64,000 nucleotides of DNA from Corallochytrium limacisporum Hawaii (lineage: Eukaryota > Protista > Pluriformea), in contig PDIP01000032.1 of assembly GCA_002811645.1 (NCBI GenBank), positions 277,213 to 341,212 of the forward strand. Reading direction: 5' to 3'. Positions 53,601 to 64,000 of the stretch are shown here, one piece after another. The notes under the pieces were generated by a model, which searched no databases, was not told the origin of the DNA, and saw only the letters and a program-made list of their open reading frames with translations. Positions within the stretch are counted from its first letter, which is position 1. Each line of letters starts with the position of its first letter. The translations under genes were made by a program, and so were the position numbers.

Positions 53601-54772
53601 GTTCTGCTTGACCACCGCGCTCAATACGGGAGGGGTCGGTCGCTTGTCTCTATGGTGGTGGGTTTCCTCGTCATTGTCGTACATTCGTCCCGGCTCTTTG
53701 ACATTTTGCCCAGTCGAGAAACCCAGAGACTGATCTTCGGGATTCCATCAGCAGGAACGGAAATGTCTCGATACAGAGACACTAGTTTTGCTTCCCCTGG
53801 CCGCTCTTGTTTCACTTACGTTTGGATCTATTGTACTCACGGGTCCCTTCAGTGTTCTATTCGAAACGCTTCTCCCGTGTTTCCTTTGTGGCTGCCAGTT
53901 GGTTTCGCGTCCTCCTCTCACTTCGTGGACCCCGTCCATGTTTTCAGTACTAAGTGTCCGTGGCGGCTTTGTTCAGTTTGATAGAGTGAGTGTGGTGGGC
54001 AGGCCGAAGATCGCGCAGCACTGGGATATGATACGCGCACTGTATGGAAAGCGACATCTGCGCTTTGCGCAGAGCGTATCTCCCACAGTGATCGGATCGG
54101 ATCTCTTTCCGTTTTCCTTCAGAACTTTGAATATAGGCCACTTCCGACTAAATGCGCCAATCTAAGCTGGCTTACACACACCAAAATTCATTGACAGCAA
54201 ATAATAGATCTCAGTGATACCACAAAAATATATCAAGTTCGGCGTAACAATAACTACAACACCGTGTCCTCGGACAACTCCACGTAAGTGGATCTAGAGT
54301 GTAGGTTACACCCACCTGGGTCCCTTTTTGCAACTAGCAAACTGGCATCAAGGGGAATGTCCATGAATGAGCTAGCATGCTAATGTATTCTGCACTCTCA
54401 CAATGCTCAACTTTGGCCTTGTTGCTCGCAGCCTTCAAGCTGGGTGGTCACTACCACTAGAAGAAGGGTTGGGTGTGGCATTTGAAGCAGTCGCCGCGTC
54501 TTGCTTGACAATGCCTTGACTTCCACTCCTGACAGTGGATAGGCCCGGACTGTAAAGTATACTTTCGCTGGGCCGATGACGCTAATGATGAACTATGAAG
54601 GGCGGGATGAAGGATGTAGGAGGTTTAGTACAAATAGTTGGTTTTTTGGACGCACCAGCGACAGTGGTGGATGATAGATCATTGCTCGATGATTCCACTT
54701 GGACTGCATTTTGTCAGGTCGACCAACTGGGCCCGCAATAGTGTCCTTCTCCGATAGTGTCCTTCCCCCTCC

Positions 54773-55042
54773 NNNNNNNNNNNNNNNNNNNNNNNNNNNN
54801 NNNNNNNNNNNNNNNNNNNNNNNNNNNNNNNNNNNNNNNNNNNNNNNNNNNNNNNNNNNNNNNNNNNNNNNNNNNNNNNNNNNNNNNNNNNNNNNNNNNN
54901 NNNNNNNNNNNNNNNNNNNNNNNNNNNNNNNNNNNNNNNNNNNNNNNNNNNNNNNNNNNNNNNNNNNNNNNNNNNNNNNNNNNNNNNNNNNNNNNNNNNN
55001 NNNNNNNNNNNNNNNNNNNNNNNNNNNNNNNNNNNNNNNNNN
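54773..55042. other. Assembly gap (N-run)
   Basis: Run of N. Confidence 0.98.
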
Positions 55043-56551
55043 CACCCCTTTTTCGATCTACCGCTACCCACAAGGCCAATCCGCCGCACACGCCACTGAG
55101 AACACAGGCCACAACTAGATCTAGACGGCCCCCTAGCACACCACAACGTTATTAATTTTCCTTGGTGGGTTTCCCTTGTACTGGATTCCCTCAGTGAGAT
55201 GTGTCACCGAAAACTCCTGCCTCCCAACGTTGGCTACCCTGCATCTCTGCGGAACAATACTTGCACTGCCAGTACTCTACCTTGCATTCCTGCTCTACTC
55301 CTTAATTTCTCCTCCCTTGAGCAAGTCGCACACAATTTTTTTTTTGCTCTCGAACGGTATTCCTACTCTGTGTAGGTCACCTTTTTGTTCGAAACTTTCT
55401 CACTGACACTCATACTGGAACTAAAGTCGGAGCTGTGAAATTACTTCCCTAAGTCACCCCTCCTGTCACCGTGTTGCGTTCCCCCCACACCCCCCACACC
55501 CCAATTACGGCTAGGTCAGAAACTATTTTGAAAAGATCACACTGGTCCAACTTCAGTCACCCCACTGGCTCAAAAAGATTTCTTTTCCTATCACATGTGC
55601 TGTTGCAGAAGCATAGATGCCCTCCGGTCAAAACTGCGCGGGCTGACACCCGAGACTTGTAGACCCCCGTATCCGAGAATGAGATTATTGAACATCCCAA
55701 TCCGGCATCATGCGTCCGTTTATGAATGGCGTTTGCGCATGCCAGATTAGCACAGGGTTGCTCAGATAGAATTTCGGAAGTTGGGCTTGGGGTGGGATAG
55801 ATCCGACTGCCACGCAGGCGGTTTGTGCTGGACGGGTGGTCATGGACGTCCCTGGTTTATCAATGGAAGTTAATAGCAATTTCGCTCGTGTTATATACCC
55901 GGGACAGCTTTAGGTGTTATAGACGTTGGATCTACTCTCACTAAAACGATGGTTGCAAAAAAACTACGTTGGTGCAGTCGCACTCCGTGATACTCTGCAA
56001 CCTCGAGCGCGCCTAGACGCGCGGTAACCCCGGCCTCCGTGGCAGTTCGACATAATGTTGTGTTGAGGGTGTTAGTTTTTTGTCGAAGTCCGTGTATCCG
56101 CGCCTGGGGTCATCATCAGTCATCCGTCCGGTCTCTCACATCCCCACTACCTGGGCGGGCAGCCACCTCTTTCTTCAGGTGGCTGCCAAGAGTCGCTGCG
56201 CCGTTCACCACTGGAAACGCATTCCGGATGGCGCGGCCTCCGGTACCCAAGCTAACGGAGACCCACTGCGGGGAAATAGCTGGGTTTGGCACAATCGCTG
56301 CACCACCAGGAATGGTCACTTAGTGGTGCAAACTCCCAACCAGCAATATCGGTCCAGCAGCAGGTGTGCTTCTATAAAGAGTAACGCTTGTATCCCATGT
56401 TGGTGTGTTTCGTTGGGTTACCCAGGGCTCTGCGTATGTTGGGCAATGCGGCCGTCTTCGCATCTTTTCCCGGGTTGTTGGTGTTGTTGGTGTCGGTGAG
56501 AGTGGTGGTGGTGGTCGCCCAACGGTTTGTTTTCTGAGGGTGAAGTAGAAA

Positions 56552-56707
56552 NNNNNNNNNNNNNNNNNNNNNNNNNNNNNNNNNNNNNNNNNNNNNNNNN
56601 NNNNNNNNNNNNNNNNNNNNNNNNNNNNNNNNNNNNNNNNNNNNNNNNNNNNNNNNNNNNNNNNNNNNNNNNNNNNNNNNNNNNNNNNNNNNNNNNNNNN
56701 NNNNNNN
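56552..56707. other. Assembly gap (N-run)
   Basis: Run of N. Confidence 0.98.
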
Positions 56708-57157
56708 AGAGACAGCACAGACAGCACAGCCGGCACGGGCGGGAGTTCTCAGATTTCAGTAGTGGTTGTATGGATCTATTCTCTCAGTCCAGCGGGGTTG
56801 CTGGAAATTCTTACCCTACCGCTGACGGGCCCTCGCCGGGTGTTTTCTTGGGAGCATGGTTTTTTTTTGTGCCGCTCCGGAGTGTGGCCGGAATCAAACA
56901 GGGTACATTGAATGATGTGGATCCGTGTTGTGTATCAGGGAAAGCATTAATGGTAACTGTGTCATGGGCAAGCACGCTGGTTCAATCTCTCATGAACGAT
57001 ATTGGCGATATGTAGGCATGATTGTGCGTCGGACTGCTAGAGATAGTGCGCCCAACAGTAGCATGAAGGTACGAGAGGATCAGCATATGTGAACTGTCTG
57101 CGAGAAACGAGTCCGCGTTGAACATAAAGAAAGCGATACAATACAGAGGGGATAACC

Positions 57158-58201
57158 ATGAAGGGACAACCCAACCTGCTGGACCTACCAGCAGAATTAG
57201 TCGGTAGGATCCTGACTTGTTCCTCAGTCCAGGACAAGTCATCAATGTCGATGACATGTCGTCGTCTGCGCAATCAGTTGCGGGGCCACGAATTCGGTGA
57301 TCTGCATATGGCCCGCTGGCGCCGCCACTACGCAGCAAAGTTTGAAATGGATCCCAAGGGATTCGCAGATAAGCTACCTCGGTTTATGATCGAAGGTATG
57401 GAAAGTATCACATATAGGACCAAGACAGACGGCATGCTCTTGAAACGGGTGTTGAGCAAGCGGACGAAGCCATTGGCGGTGCATTTCTTTGGCAGTCGGG
57501 TATCACAGATTTGGCACTTCCTGAGCATCCTTGACGAGGTCGAGTCTCGGTCTTGTCCATTTACATTGAACCTGCGTTTGACCAACGCCGCTGCAGAGGG
57601 ATGGTCCGCGTTTACACAGTATGCCGATTGCGTCATGTCATTGAGCCTATCCAACTCGGACAACTTGCGCGAACTGGCCCCTTTGAAGGTATTCAACAAT
57701 TTAGAGTCATTGACGCTCGTGTCCTGTCACAACCTTATCCATATTGACAGTGCATCAGAGCTTCCGGAACACTTGCAGAGTCTTGTTCTGTCCAACTGCA
57801 AACAACTTGAGGTTTTTGATGCGTCCGCGGTCGGAAGCAACTCCTTGCGCTCTGTCTCGATGGACGACTTGCCACTGATGTACAATGCCAAGGGGCTGGC
57901 CAGTTTTCCACAGCTGCGCACCTTGAGTCTTCGTTCTTGTGTCAACATGAACAATGTCTCTTGGTTACCACTGCTGCCAGCGGGTTGCAAAGTGTATATG
58001 CGTAAAATGTGGGTTCGGGACATGGAACTTGTGTACAGTGCTCGTGCTGTCGGTGTCGACGTCAGCACGGTATCTGTCTATTCCTTAGCTCGGGACTGCG
58101 ATATTGTGGCGACCATCCGGGACGTTGCATCCCGCATTGGTGTGGCGTCAAGGCTGGTCGTGCCCGATGACCTTGTGCCTCACCTGCAGGATGCCAACTG
58201 A
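57158..58201 (+). CDS. F-box/leucine-rich-repeat protein
   Basis: F-box LLDLPAELVGRIL...MSMTCRRLR. LRRs: LESLTLVSCHNL, LQSLVLSNCKQL, LRSVSMDDLP, LRTLSLRSCVNM. Confidence 0.88.
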   Translation: MKGQPNLLDLPAELVGRILTCSSVQDKSSMSMTCRRLRNQLRGHEFGDLHMARWRRHYAAKFEMDPKGFADKLPRFMIEGMESITYRTKTDGMLLKRVLSKRTKPLAVHFFGSRVSQIWHFLSILDEVESRSCPFTLNLRLTNAAAEGWSAFTQYADCVMSLSLSNSDNLRELAPLKVFNNLESLTLVSCHNLIHIDSASELPEHLQSLVLSNCKQLEVFDASAVGSNSLRSVSMDDLPLMYNAKGLASFPQLRTLSLRSCVNMNNVSWLPLLPAGCKVYMRKMWVRDMELVYSARAVGVDVSTVSVYSLARDCDIVATIRDVASRIGVASRLVVPDDLVPHLQDAN

Positions 58202-58299
58202 ATTTGTAATTTTTCCTTAAAGAATCAACATACACATAAAGTCACGTACATATTTTCCTTCAATCTACGTAAACTAAGCTTAACGGTTTGCTATTTTCA

Positions 58300-59460
58300 T
58301 TATAAGTGTAGTTCCTTTGCCGCTCCCGGTGTCTGTTCTGAAGGACAGTACGGGCATTTAAAAATTCGCGTCGGACCCTTACTTACCCTCTTCAAAGATT
58401 GCTTGCATATAGCATGTCCACAAGGCAGCATCATAGGCGGGTTTTCATGAGTCGCGTGTTCACGACTAACAGGGCATGCAAACACACTGTGGTACTGTCT
58501 GTTCTTGCCCAAATCAATGGGCACCGGTAACTCATCAGTCTGTGACCACACCGCCTTACCTTGACCTGTGGAGGACAGCACAGCGGCCATCTTGAGCAAG
58601 GTTGGCAACGCCTGGCAGCCAGAAGTGACGCATACATAGAGCGGACTCTCGTGGCTTACTCCCAACAGCTTGCAGGCATCGCGAAGGAACTGGTAGCAAA
58701 TATCAGACCACTGATCCTCCTCAAGGATTTCCCGGTACGGGAATGTGTCAAGACGGCGAACAAACGCAAAGGTAGTCATTAGCCGCCGAATCTCTGCCAT
58801 TTCTGTCTGCACCCAGGCAGGGAAGTTTGCCTTCGCGTACAGGCGTGCCTCTTCCACCTTACCTGCCTTAATGCATTCAAGAAAGTGCAGTCTGTGGATC
58901 TTGAATTCAAGATTGCTACCAATGGCCAACAACTTTTCGCGGTTGTTGGTACACCATTCCATGGCAAGGCGGAGCTCGCGGCTCTTCATGCTCTCCAGGA
59001 TTGAATACATTTCAATTACTGAGGACTTTTCCCGTTCCGCTACGAACACATTAGCTTCCTGTGCTAATGTTTCTCCGATATCAAACATGCCTTGGCGATA
59101 CAGATGCTGTGCCATAACGCTATTGAGCGCTTCATTCTTTCCCTTGAACGCTTGGGGGTTGCTTGCCCTACCAACATCGTCCAAAAAGCTCTTATCAACT
59201 GTTTTTTGTACGCTTGCAATAGACTTCGCTAGATTTTTGTGCTGAGTTGCTACCTTAGATCGGCATAACGTAGTCTTGTTCTTCAGTACTGCGAAATCCT
59301 GCTCGACCTTCTCATCTGGTTGATTCTGTGCATAGTCCTCAAATTCCTCAATCAAGGACTCTAGTAATTGTATAGTATTTTCCTGTGCCTTACCATGACT
59401 TTCAATCAGATTTTCTGCGCTTAAAAGCAGGCTTGCAAGATCAAGCGTTGTACCTGCCAT
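58300..59460 (-). CDS. RMND5: GID/CTLH E3 ligase RING subunit RMND5/Gid2
   Basis: LisH (MAQHLYRQGMFDIG), CTLH (LEFKIHRLHF), CRA (ESPLYVCVTSG...LPTL), RING YHSVFACPVS...NPPMMLPCGH...FKCPYCP. Confidence 0.96.
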   Translation of the reverse strand: MAGTTLDLASLLLSAENLIESHGKAQENTIQLLESLIEEFEDYAQNQPDEKVEQDFAVLKNKTTLCRSKVATQHKNLAKSIASVQKTVDKSFLDDVGRASNPQAFKGKNEALNSVMAQHLYRQGMFDIGETLAQEANVFVAEREKSSVIEMYSILESMKSRELRLAMEWCTNNREKLLAIGSNLEFKIHRLHFLECIKAGKVEEARLYAKANFPAWVQTEMAEIRRLMTTFAFVRRLDTFPYREILEEDQWSDICYQFLRDACKLLGVSHESPLYVCVTSGCQALPTLLKMAAVLSSTGQGKAVWSQTDELPVPIDLGKNRQYHSVFACPVSREHATHENPPMMLPCGHAICKQSLKRVSKGPTRIFKCPYCPSEQTPGAAKELHL

Positions 59461-60738
59461 TCTTCCTTTTTTACTCTGGGGTACTACTCTAACACCCTTG
59501 GCGATTCACAAGTCACATTACCCTTGAATTTTGTCCTCTCAAATTCTTTCAGCGTGCATACCACACATTATCAGTCATCTGCCCTTCGTATGTAATCACA
59601 ATTGGTGGTAGTTTAAATACAGGTCTTGCGAGTCCATTGTCTTGCTGCAAAAGAGCCACACACCAGGTCTGGACGCTCCCTGTGAATGGCGGCTGTGGTA
59701 GAGGGGGGCTCTCTGCTCAGGCGCATCTTCCCTCCCCCCGCAGCCGCTGAAGCAGTCTTGGCCTCGAAGCCTTAACGAAGTAAGAATCTGTTCGGGAACG
59801 CATACATTATAAATATCCGTATATTAATTATCAAATTATATGCATATAAATTGTTTTATTTAGAGTATACAGTATATTTTAAAAAACAGACATCGAGCCC
59901 TTTTCCCGCCCGCAAACGACATTCCTCGAAGGGTCCATTTATAAAGTATGCCGTATGTAAATATATCCCGCATTTTTAGTTGTGCATCGGTTTTGCTGGG
60001 CCGTATCTTCCCTATAAGTCCTGTCCGATACAAAATGTACACACACCCACTGTCACAATACCCCCTTTAAAAGGGCTTCCCCTGTGTGTATTCACTTTCC
60101 CAGGGAAGGGGGGGGGCCGGGGAGCGCGCTTCGGGAGACTTGGTTAAAATTCCTTCTTGCTGTGAGTATTACATACACAGTCCCCAAAATATAAACCCCC
60201 CTGTAGACGGAATGGACAAAAAAAACCAAAAAAAAAAGAAAAGGATAAATAAAAATGGAACCACCACCAAGAATGGGGGGTGGGGTGAGCCTCGATTCCA
60301 TCGCGCAGAGAAAACACTGCAGTGGGAACCCCACTACCCCGCTGAGAACCCGTCTCCGGTTTCCATCGCGTCGGGACGGCGGCGGAGCAGGGGAGCTAGA
60401 GTGCTAGGCTCTGGTGGATGGGGGTGGTCTGTTGACTAAACTAGCGAGCCCAGAAACATGGCGTACATTCACTAGCAGTGAGCCGTCCCATCGCCACACA
60501 AACCACGCGAAATGTGCTACCGGCCGCCTGGCAGAAAACGAAAAAAGAAAGAAGCAACAACGCCAAGAAAACAAACTGCAATGCTGCGGTAGTGAACCTG
60601 CCGAGGTTTTGGGCCAGAAGAAAGACAACACACACTGGGCCACACCGGGCGAGGTTGAGAAGGGGGGGGGGCTTTGGCGCTGTTGCTTTTCTAATCTTTG
60701 GCGGCCGAAAAGAGGCACAACAATGGGAGCGGGTAAGG

Positions 60739-60779
<41 letters not shown>
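60739..60779. repeat. (GA)n microsatellite of about 20 units in the RMND5/ALDH4A1 divergent promoter
   Basis: Directly visible. Confidence 0.95.
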
Positions 60780-60781
<2 letters not shown>

Positions 60782-61185
60782 GGCGGGAAGGGGGGGGGTC
60801 GTCGAGGCTGCGCTTCGCCCTCGGATACACTCCCCCGCTGGGTGGATCCCTGTTCCGGGGACGTGCAAGTGGCTTTTTGGCACTTATCATTGACCCGGAT
60901 CGGGTTCCAGTAGCGTTCCAAAATGTCCCGTGTGAAATGATGCAGGCGGGTAATAGTCATATCACTTATGGTCGCCTATTGGCCATCAGGAAACTGCGCT
61001 GGGTAATGATGAAGCGCATCGCCAGCTATGGCTTGCTCATGCAGTGGGTTGTACTAATGACCGGAAGGTGATACCAGGTATGTGAAGGGACCAGTGGGTC
61101 TTTTACGGCCGATCTGGAAGCGTACCTAGCACATCAAACAGCTGTTCTCATTCGAAAAGTGGTAGCATTTGGACACCAGTGAGTC

Positions 61186-62913
61186 ATGTCTATCTTTGTT
61201 AAGGCAGCTGCAGGGGCGGTTATGCCCACCGCAGTAAAGAATGCTGGTATCGCCTACGCGTGTTTGAGGCAAATGGGAACTGTCCCGATGTTTGGACACT
61301 TCAAGATGCCGCCTCCTGAGAACGAACCAAACCTGAATTATGCCCCTGGATCCCCCGAGCGCGCTGAGCTAGAGAAGGTTCTGAAATCATGCAAAGGCAA
61401 CACTTTGGAGATCCCCGCCAACATCAACGGCGAGGAGATCAAGACCGGTGACACCTACATTCAGCAGAACCCCGGTGAGCACTCTGAGCAAGTTGCAAAA
61501 TGGCATGCCGTGGACAATAACCTGTTGCAGAAGGCTATCGATGGTGCCATGAAGGCTCACAAGGAGTGGAGTAACTTTAGCTTCCAAGATCGACAGGCTA
61601 TCTTTCTGAAGGCTGCTGACCTGCTGACCACCAAGTACCGGTACGAGATCATGGCCGCCACTATGCTGGGTCAGGGTAAGACTGTGTGGCAGGCAGACAT
61701 CGACTGCACAGCGGAGCTGGCCGACTTCTGGCGCTTCAATGCCTACCATGCCGAGGAGCTGTACCACATACAGCCACCCAAGAACAGCAAGGGAATCTGG
61801 AATCGCCTGGAATGGCGGCCGCTGGAGGGCTTCACTTATGCCGTATCTCCCTTCAACTTCAGTGCCATTGGGGGCAACTTGCCGTCAGCTCCGATAATCA
61901 TGGGTGGAGTGAGCCTGTGGAAACCGAGCCCAAAGGCCATGTGGTCTAACTATGTCATTTTCAAAATCCTCAAGGAGGCGGGCCTGCCGGATGGCGTACT
62001 GCAGTTCGTGCCCGGAGACGGAGTTGAGGTGACCAAGTACCTAATGGACAGCCCGGATTTCGGCGGTATTCACTTTACAGGTTCTACTTCTGTCTTCAAG
62101 CAGCTCATGCAGACCGCTGCCAACAATTTGGACAAGTACAAGAGCTTCCCTCGCATTGTCGGTGAGACCGGAGGCAAGAATTGCCATGTGATCCATAATA
62201 GCGCCGATATGGCCACCGTGGTCCCTCAAACACTGCGGGCCGCATTCGAGTACCAGGGCCAGAAGTGCTCGGCCTGCAGCCGTGTCTACGTTCCGGAAAG
62301 TCGATGGGCTGAGTTCAAGGAGGGCATGATTGAGCAGATGAAGACCATCAAGCAGGGACCCGTAGACGACTTTAGTAACTTCATGAGCGCCGTGATTGAC
62401 TCGAATGCGCTTAAGAAGCACCAGAGCTATCTTCAGTACGCTAAGGAGAGCCCTAAGTGCGAGGTTGTAGCCGGCGGTGAGGTCGACGACTCTACTGGAT
62501 ACTACGTCCAGCCGAGCCTGATCCGGGTTGATGACCCGAGCGACAAACTGCTAAAGGATGAGTTGTTTGGTCCCATCACCACGGCCTACGTCTACAAGGA
62601 CGAACAGTTCAATGAGATGCTCGACCTTGTCGACGGCACCACTGAGTACTCGTTGACTGCAGCCATATTTGCTCAAGATCGGGAAGCACTGGAGACCATG
62701 ACCAACCGCCTACGCAACTCCAGTGGCAACTTTTATGTAAACGACAAGTGCACCGGGGCCGTGGTCGGCCAGCAGCCCTTCGGAGGAGGTCGCATGTCTG
62801 GTACAAATGACAAAGCTGGATCCATGATGAATCTGATCCGCTTCACTCAGCCTCGCGCCATCAAGGAGAACTTTATCCCGGTGTACGACTACACTTACCC
62901 GCACATGAAGTAA
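61186..62913 (+). CDS. ALDH4A1: Mitochondrial delta-1-pyrroline-5-carboxylate dehydrogenase (PUT2)
   Basis: NEPNLNYAPGSPER, ATMLGQGK, RPLEGF, SPFNF, GETGGKN, FEYQGQKCSACSR, GQQPFGGGRMSGTNDKAGS. Confidence 0.98.
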   Translation: MSIFVKAAAGAVMPTAVKNAGIAYACLRQMGTVPMFGHFKMPPPENEPNLNYAPGSPERAELEKVLKSCKGNTLEIPANINGEEIKTGDTYIQQNPGEHSEQVAKWHAVDNNLLQKAIDGAMKAHKEWSNFSFQDRQAIFLKAADLLTTKYRYEIMAATMLGQGKTVWQADIDCTAELADFWRFNAYHAEELYHIQPPKNSKGIWNRLEWRPLEGFTYAVSPFNFSAIGGNLPSAPIIMGGVSLWKPSPKAMWSNYVIFKILKEAGLPDGVLQFVPGDGVEVTKYLMDSPDFGGIHFTGSTSVFKQLMQTAANNLDKYKSFPRIVGETGGKNCHVIHNSADMATVVPQTLRAAFEYQGQKCSACSRVYVPESRWAEFKEGMIEQMKTIKQGPVDDFSNFMSAVIDSNALKKHQSYLQYAKESPKCEVVAGGEVDDSTGYYVQPSLIRVDDPSDKLLKDELFGPITTAYVYKDEQFNEMLDLVDGTTEYSLTAAIFAQDREALETMTNRLRNSSGNFYVNDKCTGAVVGQQPFGGGRMSGTNDKAGSMMNLIRFTQPRAIKENFIPVYDYTYPHMK

Positions 62914-63100
62914 GGCAACGACTATTTCTTTCAGCACACGTCACTTTAGTTCACCTAAACCTTGTAAAGAGATCAGAACCAGAATGAAGCTAAATCACGG
63001 TTACCCTTTATTCTATATTGTCTTTATGGTACATTAGTATGCCGTTAACTGTGATAAGCATGGTGGTGCTGACGAATGCACCTGAGACTTCTTTCAGTCT

Positions 63101-63997
63101 TCACAGATTAGGAACCCGGATTTCCAGCTCATCATCGGGAGACTGGGATTGGGGTATCGGCACCGCATCCTTTTGCCGCTGGGAACGCGGTACGGGAGGT
63201 TCCGGTGATTTAGCAAGACTCACGTATGTCTCCGGATCTTCCATGATCGTCTCGTACGTGGGAAGATCGCCCTCGTTGTCGTCGAGGGTGAAGCATGCCT
63301 CACTAAGGTTGTCAGTGTCCGAGTCAAAATGACTGTCCGCGGCCTGCAGAGCGGCAAGGCGGCTCTGACGAATAATCTGGTTGTAAGTGCCGTGGCCCGG
63401 TGCAGTCGCACGCATTGGCGACTGCTGCAGCGAGTCATAACTGTCGTTCTGTCCGCTCTCCGTCTCGGCGAGACGGGATCGATAGTTGCCAGAGTTTTGT
63501 GCTGTCGCGAGCGTGTCGCGCACAAATTCTTGGGACAGTTCACGATGGCGTCGGTCGTGGCGACCGCGGGAGGATCCACGGCGATGTAGGTCCTCGCAAG
63601 GGGGCTGCGGCGATGCACCACGGTGAGACCCGACGTGTTTAGCCTGTTCTTCGCCGAGGAAGTAGTTTGCGGATCGCGTACGGTACCGTCGCTCACTGCG
63701 GCGACGACGGGTGCCCGCACTTTGCTCCTCTTGTCTGTTTCGGTTAGCATCTACAGATGCTGCGCTACGGTCACGTGAGCTGCCACGACGGCGTGGAATA
63801 GGCGATGGCAGACCACCCCAGCGACCGCGACGGCCAGTGGACGGCGTACCTGAGCCATCAGAGTTGTTGCTTGACATGCCACCAGAGCCGGGCCTCGGCA
63901 AGGGTAGGAAACGGGACTGGGGATTCTCCCCGCTGCTGTCTGAACCCCGAGTGGAACTGTGACTAGACCTCCGGCGTACGGGGCTTGGGGATGCCAT
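63101..63997 (-). CDS. Ser/Arg-rich disordered protein with an LPTY (PY-type) motif; may extend beyond the window
   Basis: 298-codon ORF convergent with ALDH4A1. The frame is open to the window edge. Motif GDLPTYE near the C-terminus. Confidence 0.7.
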   Translation of the reverse strand: MASPSPVRRRSSHSSTRGSDSSGENPQSRFLPLPRPGSGGMSSNNSDGSGTPSTGRRGRWGGLPSPIPRRRGSSRDRSAASVDANRNRQEEQSAGTRRRRSERRYRTRSANYFLGEEQAKHVGSHRGASPQPPCEDLHRRGSSRGRHDRRHRELSQEFVRDTLATAQNSGNYRSRLAETESGQNDSYDSLQQSPMRATAPGHGTYNQIIRQSRLAALQAADSHFDSDTDNLSEACFTLDDNEGDLPTYETIMEDPETYVSLAKSPEPPVPRSQRQKDAVPIPQSQSPDDELEIRVPNL

Positions 63998-64000
63998 TCG

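Overview
Compact, almost intron-free eukaryotic nuclear DNA. There are no operons, CRISPR arrays, rRNA/tRNA genes or recognisable transposons. The gene set suggests an opisthokont-like unicellular eukaryote; this is inference only. About 24 protein-coding genes are supported. Recognisable conserved genes: GDA1/CD39 NTPDase, LtrA-family membrane protein, MPE1/RBBP6, ORMDL, CDK9/12-type kinase, TRAPPC10, LSM6, DHPS, RPUSD2/RIB2-like pseudouridine synthase, FMP25/RCC1-like protein, CHMP1, mitochondrial uS17, AFG2/SPATA5, RMND5 and ALDH4A1. Less familiar genes: a head-to-head pair of atypical kinases, a five-SANT protein, two F-box proteins and several orphans. Only one coding intron is evident (13010-13140, GTAAGT/TACTAAC/CAG), and it corrects the ORF track. 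The strongest candidate for novelty is a 1156-aa polyproline protein whose helical region resembles, by eye, the C-terminal actin-nucleating domain of plant CHUP1. A plant At4g00755-type F-box gene lies about 3.4 kb away. Intergenic DNA has microsatellites, recurrent CnGn palindromes and three assembly gaps. All homology calls come from remembered motifs; no searches were run.
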